Shown here one piece after another: positions 1 through 8,001 of a stretch of DNA of 56,015 nucleotides. The stretch's first letter is position 1, and each line of letters begins with the position of its first letter. The translations under genes were made by a program, and so were the position numbers. The notes below the pieces were generated by a model. It made no database searches. It had not been told where the DNA came from and saw nothing but the letters and a program-made list of their open reading frames with translations. Origin of the DNA: an uncultured Candidatus Saccharibacteria bacterium (GTDB lineage: Bacteria; Patescibacteriota; Saccharimonadia; Saccharimonadales; Saccharimonadaceae); contig CAMKFS010000001.1 in NCBI GenBank assembly GCA_946411935.1, positions 1 through 56,015 of the forward strand, written 5' to 3'.

Positions 1-439
1 CGTAAAGAATCGTATCTTTGCCTTTCTTAACTTTGTTTGGATCACCCTGAGAGGTTGCATAGTTAATACCGCCGAGGATAATCATAACAACCGCAATCAT
101 ACCAATTACGAAGATAATCGTATTGATAATAACACTAATAACTGAGTTCAAATCATCGACTTCACACTTATCTGGATTCGAAACAATCGTTGCTGCCTGC
201 TGACAGTCTGCCGAAGTCTTACCATAAATTTTATTCTGTTTCGCATTCGTGCCAGTTCCCGTAGTGTAAGTAGTACAATACACCGGATATTTATCATCGG
301 CACCGATGTTCAGATTTGGATACTTTTTACCGCTACCCATACAATCCGAGAAGTTAGCCGCAAAAGTAGAGCCGGCAAAGACCGCTACTGCAAAGATTGC
401 GAGCACGCTACCTTTTAATACTTTACTAAATTTTTTCAT
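1..439 (-). CDS. VirB2/TrbC-like pilin paralog 1 (C-terminal end runs off the window)
   Basis: Absent from the ORF track because it has no stop in the window. ATG at 439-437 follows AAGGAGAAAAA. Hand translation: MKKFSKVLKGSVLAIFAVAVFAGS (signal peptide) ... MIILGGINYATSQGDPNKVKKGKDTILY, the same module as the four neighbouring paralogs. Confidence 0.6.
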   Translation of the reverse strand, partial: MKKFSKVLKGSVLAIFAVAVFAGSTFAANFSDCMGSGKKYPNLNIGADDKYPVYCTTYTTGTGTNAKQNKIYGKTSADCQQAATIVSNPDKCEVDDLNSVISVIINTIIFVIGMIAVVMIILGGINYATSQGDPNKVKKGKDTILY

Positions 440-510
440 TTTTTCTCCTTATTAAAGAAATCGTTAATAATATAATAACATATTTTTACGCTTAGCAACA
501 AGCAAAACCC

Positions 511-801
511 CTAGGCGCCTAGCGCTTTTAGTACAAAATTCACAATCACAAACGCCAACAGTGTAATAATCAAACCAATCACGCCATAAAGAATTGTATC
601 TTTTGCTTTCTTTACCTTGTTCGCATCACCCTGAGACATCATATAATTAATGCCGCCAATTATAATGATAATTACAGCAACAATACCGACGCCGTAAATA
701 ATCATATTGATTACTGCGCTCACATCCGATTCTAGCGATTCGCCCTCATTAGCCTTATTAACTTGATCCTTTATGCTATCCGCTACTATTCGCAAATCCA
801 T
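511..801 (-). CDS. VirB2/TrbC-like pilin paralog 2
   Basis: 96 aa. Two hydrophobic helices flank GGINYMMSQGDANKVKKAKDTILYGVIGLIITLLAFVIVNFV. AGGAG lies 5 nt upstream of the ATG. Confidence 0.6.
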   Translation of the reverse strand: MDLRIVADSIKDQVNKANEGESLESDVSAVINMIIYGVGIVAVIIIIIGGINYMMSQGDANKVKKAKDTILYGVIGLIITLLAFVIVNFVLKALGA

Positions 802-809
802 GCCTACTC

Positions 810-1202
810 CTATTTAATATTACTTAAGACAAAGTTCACAATCGCAAAGGCAAGAAGAACTATAACTAGACCAATCACCGCATATAGTATCGCACCCTTC
901 GCACGCTGTATTTTGCCGGGGTCACCCTGGGAGGTCATATATAATACGCCGCCAATAATAATTACGATTACAGCAATAATCGCAATCCATGTAAAAACTA
1001 TGTTCAAGATATTGCCAACACGATTCTGAGCTTCTGCTTCATTATTTTTGCCGTTGCCACAAATCAGCTCATAATTCGGATCATCTTTACCGCCTGACCA
1101 GTTATCGCAAGCTCCTTTATCGTCAGCATAGACAAGAGCCGGCGACGCACAGATGAGTAGAGAAGTAACCGCCGCTAAGATTATTCCAAATACTTTTTTC
1201 AT
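810..1202 (-). CDS. VirB2/TrbC-like pilin paralog 3
   Basis: 130 aa. Signal peptide MKKVFGIILAAVTSLLICASPALVYA and a Cys pair, then GGVLYMTSQGDPGKIQRAKGAILYAVIGLVIVLLAFAIVNFV. GGAGGAAAAA precedes the ATG. Confidence 0.6.
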   Translation of the reverse strand: MKKVFGIILAAVTSLLICASPALVYADDKGACDNWSGGKDDPNYELICGNGKNNEAEAQNRVGNILNIVFTWIAIIAVIVIIIGGVLYMTSQGDPGKIQRAKGAILYAVIGLVIVLLAFAIVNFVLSNIK

Positions 1203-1210
1203 TTTTCCTC

Positions 1211-1870
1211 CTATATTCCACTCACTACAGTATTAACGATCGCCGTTGCAAACAGCACGACTAAAAGACCAATTATTGAGTAGAGAATCGTAGTTTTCGC
1301 TTTTGCGATACCTTGCGGATTGCCGGTGCTCGTAACATATTGAATGCCGCCATAAACCACCATAATAACTGCAATAACGCCAGACCAGAGGAAAACCTTA
1401 TTAAAGATTTCTATAAAGAACTTATCCCCATGCGCCTTTGCGCCAGATACAATGTCGGCAATCACGCCACTAATAATTGAAGCCGACATCACAATAATAA
1501 GACCAATGACCGAATTAAAAATCGTCCTCTTACCTTTCGCAACTTTCGTCGGATCACCTTGGCCGAGCATATATTGAATACCGCCCCACATCACAAAGAG
1601 AATTGCTAGATAGCCTAAAATGCCGAGCACCATACTAACGATGTTTAAAGCCACCGTCCAGGCAAAACGCTTCACTTCGTCTTCATTGCCAGTATCCGGT
1701 GTTTGGACCTTACAGTCGCTATCAACTAAACCATCATACCAGGCTTTTAGTCCCATAAAGTGCGTCTCGCAGGTATAATCCGCCGCCGATACACTTTGAG
1801 TTGGCAGTGCAGCTATCGCCAATGTGCTCATTGCTACAATTGCCGTCAATATTTTAGCAATCTTTTTCAT
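1211..1870 (-). CDS. Tandem double VirB2/TrbC-like pilin (two hairpin modules in one protein)
   Basis: 219 aa with a signal peptide. The module occurs twice: WGGIQYMLGQGDPTKVAKGKRTIFNSVIGLIIVM and YGGIQYVTSTGNPQGIAKAKTTILYSIIGLLVVLFATAIVNTV. Confidence 0.6.
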   Translation of the reverse strand: MKKIAKILTAIVAMSTLAIAALPTQSVSAADYTCETHFMGLKAWYDGLVDSDCKVQTPDTGNEDEVKRFAWTVALNIVSMVLGILGYLAILFVMWGGIQYMLGQGDPTKVAKGKRTIFNSVIGLIIVMSASIISGVIADIVSGAKAHGDKFFIEIFNKVFLWSGVIAVIMVVYGGIQYVTSTGNPQGIAKAKTTILYSIIGLLVVLFATAIVNTVVSGI

Positions 1871-2670
1871 TCTTCATCCTCCATTGCGATCGTACGAATA
1901 ACCGTCGTTGTGCCGGACTCAAACTCAATCTTACCACTTTCAATGTCGCTAGAGCTCTTTGGTATAAACAGGTTCGCCAAGGCATATATTAATACCCAAG
2001 CAATAATACCAATCACAATTTCCATCATCCTTCGCTTTGCCGTAGCAACCTGATTCTCATTGTCGCGCGCCGTCATCCACATAACGCCACAGTAAATAAT
2101 CCCAATCGTACCCGCAACAATCACACCACCAGTCAAAACCGCAATTACTAGGCTCACGATTTCTTGAATACCAGACCCATCTTTACTAGAACACCAAGAA
2201 TTAGGAAGTAGAGAAGTACATGCGCCCTCGTCTACCTGTTCAATTTCAGTCGGAGGCGCATCGGCATACTCTCCACCATCCGACGAACTATCAGAGTCGG
2301 TCTTGCTATCAGAATCTTTTTTAGAGTCGTCACTATCGGAATCATCATCCGAAGAAGCTCCATCGATCCTAACCTTTACTTTTTTTGCAAAAGATGTTTT
2401 CCAGTTACTACAAGCCGTTGCATCAGTACCACCCACACAAGAAAGATATTTCTTAATTTGAGCTAAACAGCCATTCGAATCAACGTTACAAACGGATTTT
2501 AAAGAGTCATAACCTTCATCTTTTTTAATTTTTTCTGCACATTTGTCGGAAGTTATCTTTCCTTGATCGCATTGCGTCGATACGGCAAGCGCATTCTTAT
2601 CCGCTATCCCGACAACTGCACCAATAGCGCACACCGCCACCGCTATAAATATAAGTATTTTCTTTTTCAT
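1867..2670 (-). CDS. Pilin-like secreted/membrane protein with Cys-rich and Asp/Ser-rich N-terminal region
   Basis: 267 aa. Signal peptide, about 10 Cys, an SSDDDSDSDDSKKDSDSKTDSDSSSD tract, and a divergent C-terminal module CGVMWMTARDNENQVATAKRRMMEIVIGIIAWVLIYALANLF. Overlaps the next gene by 4 bp. Confidence 0.5.
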   Translation of the reverse strand: MKKKILIFIAVAVCAIGAVVGIADKNALAVSTQCDQGKITSDKCAEKIKKDEGYDSLKSVCNVDSNGCLAQIKKYLSCVGGTDATACSNWKTSFAKKVKVRIDGASSDDDSDSDDSKKDSDSKTDSDSSSDGGEYADAPPTEIEQVDEGACTSLLPNSWCSSKDGSGIQEIVSLVIAVLTGGVIVAGTIGIIYCGVMWMTARDNENQVATAKRRMMEIVIGIIAWVLIYALANLFIPKSSSDIESGKIEFESGTTTVIRTIAMEDEE

Positions 2671-2808
2671 ATCTCTTTTATTAACCTAAAACCATAAATT
2701 ATACCTTAATTATACGATAAAAATCGCCAAAAATACCATAAAAACTACCCCCGAGACCGCCAAAAGGGCAAAAAGACTCGAAAAATGCACATTTTCCCTA
2801 TATAATAC

Positions 2809-2837
2809 TTGACTAAAATGCTTATGTGTGCTATAAT
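2809..2837 (+). promoter_or_regulatory. Sigma-70-type promoter, TTGACT-17 bp-TATAAT
   Basis: TTGACT at 2809-2814 and TATAAT at 2832-2837 with exact 17-bp spacing. The ATG at 2847 is 9 nt after the -10 and has no SD, implying a leaderless mRNA. Confidence 0.55.
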
Positions 2838-2846
2838 AGTCTCGTT

Positions 2847-5831
2847 ATGGGCAAGTGTATTAAAAGCATCGCTCTATCTGTTATAACGGCCGTATTTGGC
2901 GTATTAGCACTATCCGGTCCGGTTTTTGCAACCCCGAATACCGCTAATGATAATAATAATGATTCGTCCGTCGTAACTGATCCAACCGATGCAGTCCCAG
3001 AAGACCAAAACGAAACTACCGAAAACGATTCAGAAAATAGCAGTGAAAACACAGAAGAGAATTCAGAAGATTCCGAAACTACTGCTAGTTGTTATGATCA
3101 GGTAGGTAGTCTTGGCTGGATTATTTGTCCGGGCGCCGGTTTATTCGGTAACATCATTGATGGCGCCTATAATATTTTGTCGAACGTAATTGATACCAAC
3201 CCTCTTCCAACAAACGAAGATTCTCCAATTTATATTACCTGGAATTATTTCAAAAACATCACCAACAGCGTCTTCATCGTCTTCTTCTTAATTATCATCC
3301 TATCTCAGTTAACCGGCTTCGGTATCAATAACTATGGCATCAAGAAAGCTCTCCCGCGCATCGTCATTGCCGCAATTCTTGCAAACCTTAGCTATATTAT
3401 CTGTATCCTAGCAGTCGACGTCAGCAATATCCTCGGTACCGGAATCTACGGCATCTTTACTTCTATTCAAAATACCGCAATTGAAAGTGGCGCTATCTCT
3501 AGCGCGGCCACCTCTTCGTCTGTTTCCGCAATTGTCGCTTCATTAATCGGTGTAGGCGCCGCAGGTGCAACCGTCGCCGCTGCCGCACTCACTTTTGGTA
3601 GCGTCGAGGGTATTATTTGGATGCTTCTACCTATCCTTCTTTCTGGCGCCATCGCCGTTATTTCGGCCCTTGTTACAATGGCCGCCCGTCAGGCGCTCAT
3701 CTTTATCTTAGTTATCATTGCACCACTCGCAATCATCGCATACATGCTTCCAAACACCGAAAAATATGCTAAAAAGTGGTTTGCGACACTTTTCCAGATG
3801 CTCGTCTTCTATCCGTCATTTGCCGTCCTTTATGGCGCTTCTCAGCTAGCTGGCCTTGTCATTATTACTTCCGCTACCCATTGGTGGACAGCGCTTCTCG
3901 GTATGGCAATCAAACTTCTTCCACTCTTCCTTTCGATTCCACTTATGCGCATGTCCGGCACTGTCCTTGGTAAGATCGACGGCCTCGTCCATCGCGCAAC
4001 TCACTCCGGTCAAAGCGCCTTCAATGGTCTCATGGGCGGAATGGCTGCCAATGCAAAGAGCAAACAGCTTTCAGGTGTCGGCCGCTTCAGAAACATGCCA
4101 TCCGCACGTCTTGCAAGATATCTCGATCGCAAACGCGCTCAACGTGAATTCGACATAAAAGAGCAGGAAGGCATGCGCAATCAACGCAACAATCTCTACG
4201 CGATGGATAGCTGGAAGAACCGCAATGGTAAATACAACCGACGCGGCATGCAGCATTATCAAAACATCCAGGAGAGCCTTGCTTTAGAGAATAGACGCAT
4301 CAACATCGAGAACGACTTCGACGAAGGCTTTACTGCCAATGATAAACGCGTCCACAAGAATGACCGCGCAAGGGTCAATCGCATTAATCGCGGTTTTGAT
4401 AAAGCTATCGTCGAAAACGAAGCCGTCAATGCTCGCAAGCAAGCCATTAACCTTGCAAATATGGAACATCGCGCTGAGTTAATCCATAAAAACGTCGAAG
4501 ACAAAACATCTGCTATTCATAAGCAAGTTCTTAATACGTTTAACATTGATGCCGCAGAGCTTAACGCAGTAAACGCAAAGCAAGCTGCTTGGGAAAATGC
4601 TACTAAGAAGCAGGAGATCCTCAACAAGCAAGCCGCCGGCGAAACTCTCTCGAACTCCGAAAAAGATTACCTCAAAACTGCTGGTTCTACTCTCACGGCA
4701 GCCGAAAAAGCCGCTATCGCTACTGGCGGTCTCACTGCCACCGAATACGCGCTTTATGATTCTGGTCAAAAGGCAATTAACTCCACGCTTCGTAGCGCTA
4801 TCTCTGCAAAGCGTAAAGTTGACCGCGAAACTCGCAGCAACTATGTCGAACTTTATGACGATTACGAAGCTGGTCCTCGTATTAAAGAGCAGCTCATCCG
4901 CGCCTTTAAGACGAAAGACTACAACTCAATGTCTGCCGCTCTCGAGATTATGTACAAGCGTGGCGATAAGGACGATATTGGTGACGTTCTTGCTAAGTTC
5001 TCTAGCGAAGTCGCCGACGATAAAGATATCCGCTTCCAGAAAGAGCTTAATGATATCTGTCTCACTATGAAGAGTGAGGATATCGACGTCGCACAGTGGG
5101 CAAAGGCTAATATGATGCGCCGCGGCATGAATGGTAAGGGCTTTAAAGTTCAATCATTCATTGATTACGAATCCTGGATGAGGGGCGACACGCTCGCTGG
5201 CGATGCAGTAGAGGGCGAAGATGATTACGGCAAAGTGCGCAAGACTTGCCGCATTGAGCTCGCTAACGCAATGAGTAGCTGGGATCCAATTGCTACCGCC
5301 GACCGTACCATGTGGAATCAAATGCTTGATGCGCAGAAAAACGGCATTCTTACAAAGAATAAAAACGGCGACGAGACTGTTACTGTATATCCAATCAAGT
5401 ATCTCCGCTCTGCAGTCTGTTCTGGTCGTATGGATGGTGAGCGCCTCGAATCATTCAATAAGTGGTTTACTGGTGGCTTTAAACGTGGCGGTACAAACGA
5501 AGATAATGCCTTCTTCTGGGCACACGAAGATGAGTACGTCGAGAATGTCGAGAAGTTCCTTGGCGAAATGTCAGCAAATCAGCTCGGCACACTTAAGACT
5601 GCAACCCTTGAAGCATTTAATAATGTCCTCCTCGAGCACTATGGTGAAAAAGATGAAGATGTCATTATCATAGGCGAAGGCGAGAAAAAGAAGGTCATTA
5701 GTAAATATCTACGCGATGCTCTTGAAACACAGATTACTCAGTTCAATACTGAGAAATCGATGGCAGGCCAGCGTACTGCTATGAACCCAGCCGTTCGCGA
5801 AATGCTTGGCATTAAAGACATCATTAAATAA
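2847..5831 (+). CDS. VirB6/TrbL-like polytopic membrane protein with long cytoplasmic C-terminal domain
   Basis: 994 aa from ATG 2847; the track's GTG at 2826 lies inside the promoter. Signal/anchor, an acidic N/D/E/S-rich tract, 6-7 predicted TM helices (aa ~150-400), then ~570 aa of charged, helix-rich sequence. Position is next to PrgI-like and VirB4 genes. Confidence 0.5.
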   Translation: MGKCIKSIALSVITAVFGVLALSGPVFATPNTANDNNNDSSVVTDPTDAVPEDQNETTENDSENSSENTEENSEDSETTASCYDQVGSLGWIICPGAGLFGNIIDGAYNILSNVIDTNPLPTNEDSPIYITWNYFKNITNSVFIVFFLIIILSQLTGFGINNYGIKKALPRIVIAAILANLSYIICILAVDVSNILGTGIYGIFTSIQNTAIESGAISSAATSSSVSAIVASLIGVGAAGATVAAAALTFGSVEGIIWMLLPILLSGAIAVISALVTMAARQALIFILVIIAPLAIIAYMLPNTEKYAKKWFATLFQMLVFYPSFAVLYGASQLAGLVIITSATHWWTALLGMAIKLLPLFLSIPLMRMSGTVLGKIDGLVHRATHSGQSAFNGLMGGMAANAKSKQLSGVGRFRNMPSARLARYLDRKRAQREFDIKEQEGMRNQRNNLYAMDSWKNRNGKYNRRGMQHYQNIQESLALENRRINIENDFDEGFTANDKRVHKNDRARVNRINRGFDKAIVENEAVNARKQAINLANMEHRAELIHKNVEDKTSAIHKQVLNTFNIDAAELNAVNAKQAAWENATKKQEILNKQAAGETLSNSEKDYLKTAGSTLTAAEKAAIATGGLTATEYALYDSGQKAINSTLRSAISAKRKVDRETRSNYVELYDDYEAGPRIKEQLIRAFKTKDYNSMSAALEIMYKRGDKDDIGDVLAKFSSEVADDKDIRFQKELNDICLTMKSEDIDVAQWAKANMMRRGMNGKGFKVQSFIDYESWMRGDTLAGDAVEGEDDYGKVRKTCRIELANAMSSWDPIATADRTMWNQMLDAQKNGILTKNKNGDETVTVYPIKYLRSAVCSGRMDGERLESFNKWFTGGFKRGGTNEDNAFFWAHEDEYVENVEKFLGEMSANQLGTLKTATLEAFNNVLLEHYGEKDEDVIIIGEGEKKKVISKYLRDALETQITQFNTEKSMAGQRTAMNPAVREMLGIKDIIK

Positions 5832-5848
5832 AACACAAAAACTCCCTG

Positions 5849-5877
5849 AAAAGAGCCGGACTTTCCGGCTCTTTTTC
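5849..5877 (+). terminator. Intrinsic terminator
   Basis: AAAAGAGCCGG / CCGGCTCTTTT stem with a 5-nt loop, running into a T tract, 18 nt after the stop at 5831. Confidence 0.65.
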
Positions 5878-5888
5878 TATTGTGATTA

Positions 5889-5897
5889 TGCTAAAAT
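5889..5897 (+). promoter_or_regulatory. Extended -10 promoter, TGcTAAAAT
   Basis: TGC at 5889-5891 and TAAAAT at 5892-5897. The ATG at 5904 is 6 nt downstream with no SD. Confidence 0.45.
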
Positions 5898-5903
5898 ATA
5901 AGT

Positions 5904-6950
5904 ATGGCTCAGTATAAGGTCCCACAAGATATTGAAGCTGATGATAAGCTCATCGGCCCTTTTAGCTTCCGCCAGTTTGTTTACTTAATTGTCGCTGCGG
6001 GCCTTGGTTTTGTTGCCTTTCTATTTTTTCAGATTTTTCCACTACTAGTTATTATTCCAATCCCATTCATCATCTTCTTAATCGTCCTTGCACTCCCTCT
6101 TAAAAAAGATCAGCCAATGGAGACTTATCTCTCGGCAATTGTAGACTTTTATCTCAAGCCTCAAAAACGCGTCTGGATGCCAGGGCAGGTCGAAAATACT
6201 ATTACAATCACGGCTCCAAAAAAGACTGAAGACAACCGCACAAAAAATCTTAGTCAAGAAGAAGCCGGCCGCCGCCTTTCATTCCTCGCCGATATTGTCG
6301 ATACTGAAGGTTACGCAATTAAAGACTCCAATCTTCGCGACGATATTGCTAGCGAAGCGGCCGCCACACAGGATATTTTCGAAACTAGCCAAACCTTTAA
6401 TATTGATCAGAATCTTGCTAGAAGCACCGAGAATCATCGCGCGCAGGTCGTCAATCAAATGCATACTGCTATTAATTCCGCACCTGCCGCTCCGCAAGCC
6501 GCCGAGCAAACTCCTCAACCGCCAGTTATTTCACCAGCTATCCCGGTCGCAGCTCCAACTCCTACTCCACCGCCGGCGCCAGACATCGAACATAGCGCCG
6601 CCACAATTCTGCCGGACATGAATCAGATTCAAAGTCTTTATTCGCAAGATAATCCTGCCGCAAATGCACTTGATGTCGCCCTAGAGTCAACCGATCCGGC
6701 TAATCCGAAAACAGAAGAAGCTAAACCGGAAACGGAGCCGCAGCCAGAACCAATTCCGCAACCAGAAGTGACATCACAACCAGAACCGGCCCCGCAGCCA
6801 GAGCCAGCACCTCAGCCAGAACCGGACGAAGCGTTAAAGAATCTAGCAAACAATTCCGATTTCTCAATCGAGACTATTGCAAAACAAGCAAAGCGTCTCG
6901 AAGAGAAAAAAGCAAAAGAAGATGGAGAAGTATATATTTCATTACATTAA
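5904..6950 (+). CDS. PrgI/VirB3-like T4SS membrane protein with long Pro-rich C-terminal extension
   Basis: The N-terminus YKVPQDIEADDKLIGPFSFRQFVYLIVAAGLGFVAFLFF plus a second TM matches the PrgI-family pattern as I recall it. The C-terminal ~170 aa are Pro/Glu/Gln-rich (PQPEPAPQPEPAPQPEP). Confidence 0.55.
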   Translation: MAQYKVPQDIEADDKLIGPFSFRQFVYLIVAAGLGFVAFLFFQIFPLLVIIPIPFIIFLIVLALPLKKDQPMETYLSAIVDFYLKPQKRVWMPGQVENTITITAPKKTEDNRTKNLSQEEAGRRLSFLADIVDTEGYAIKDSNLRDDIASEAAATQDIFETSQTFNIDQNLARSTENHRAQVVNQMHTAINSAPAAPQAAEQTPQPPVISPAIPVAAPTPTPPPAPDIEHSAATILPDMNQIQSLYSQDNPAANALDVALESTDPANPKTEEAKPETEPQPEPIPQPEVTSQPEPAPQPEPAPQPEPDEALKNLANNSDFSIETIAKQAKRLEEKKAKEDGEVYISLH

Positions 6951-6959
6951 GGAGTCAAC

Positions 6960-8000
6960 GTGCAACCAAATCAACCAAATCAACCATTAATGCCACCAAG
7001 CGCCGCCCCGCAACCGGCTCCACAGCCGATGCAGCCAGCGCCAACAACGGCAACACCTCAGCCTGCTGCGCCAACCGTTCAGGCTATGTCAACTGCTCAG
7101 CCTATGCCAGCCGCAACCCAGCCAGCTCAAGCAGCTATGCCAACCCCACAAATACAAACAATGCAAGCCCCTCAACAGGCCCCGCAAATGATGCCGTCAG
7201 CTGCTCAGCAGCCACAGCCGGTTCAAGCTGGTGCACGTCCAGCCCAAGCCGCTCAGCCGCAAGCAATGCAGAGCACTTCAACCAATTTGCGCGGCAACAA
7301 CCCAAACTCCGCACAATCAGCCCTCCTTATCTCCGAGCTTCGCGATTCCATGGTTATCATGAAAGACGGCTCTTTCCGTGCTGTAGTTGCTTGTAAGTCT
7401 ATTAACTTCGACCTCATGTCCGAAAGCGAACGTGAAGCCGTCGAGTTTGCTTACCAAAACTTCCTCAACTCCTTAACCTTCACTGTTCAAATCCTAATTC
7501 GCTCCCAGCGCGTCGATATTGCACCATATATCGATCGTTTGCTTGATCTTCGCCGCAAGAATGACAATATGCTTCTCGGCGTTTTGATGGACGATTATAT
7601 CGCCTTCATCGACGAGCTCTCCAAGGAAGCAAACATTATGGATAAGTCGTTCTTTGTCGTTATCCCTTACTATACGACAAAAGAAGCCGAGAAAGCCCTC
7701 GAGCAATCCAAGAACTTCTTCAAAACCTTCACAAAAGACAAAACTCCGCCGGTTACTCGCATCGATCGTGCCACCTACGACAAGGCTGTCACCGAGATGA
7801 ACAACCGCACTGAAGCCGTCATTTCTGGATTATTCCAAATCGGCATCCAATCCGTCCGCCTCAATACAAAGGAACTCGGTCAACTCTACTATAACTTTAA
7901 TAATCCAGACACTGCCGTCCGCGAACCACTCGGAGACTTTAATAAACTCGCACACCTCTACGTAAAGAAGGGAACACGCGATTCAGGGGAGGAGCAATAA
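6960..8000 (+). CDS. Pro/Gln-rich protein whose C-terminal ~220 aa resemble the N-terminal domain of monoderm VirB4 ATPases
   Basis: GTG start with AAGGAG 5 nt upstream. The first ~115 aa are P/Q/A-rich. MKDGSFRAVVACKSINFDLMSESEREAVEFAYQNFLNSLTFTVQILIRSQ then resembles the VirB4 (Tn916 ORF16/CD1110-type) N-domain. The stop is 1 nt before the VirB4 ATPase ORF. Confidence 0.4.
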   Translation: MQPNQPNQPLMPPSAAPQPAPQPMQPAPTTATPQPAAPTVQAMSTAQPMPAATQPAQAAMPTPQIQTMQAPQQAPQMMPSAAQQPQPVQAGARPAQAAQPQAMQSTSTNLRGNNPNSAQSALLISELRDSMVIMKDGSFRAVVACKSINFDLMSESEREAVEFAYQNFLNSLTFTVQILIRSQRVDIAPYIDRLLDLRRKNDNMLLGVLMDDYIAFIDELSKEANIMDKSFFVVIPYYTTKEAEKALEQSKNFFKTFTKDKTPPVTRIDRATYDKAVTEMNNRTEAVISGLFQIGIQSVRLNTKELGQLYYNFNNPDTAVREPLGDFNKLAHLYVKKGTRDSGEEQ

Positions 8001-8001
8001 T

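Noticed and set aside
2826-2846. GTG start at 2826 for the VirB6-like gene
   Set aside because: Codons 1-7 would lie inside the TTGACT-17-TATAAT promoter (the -10 is at 2832-2837). ATG 2847, followed by a signal/anchor sequence, is the sensible start.
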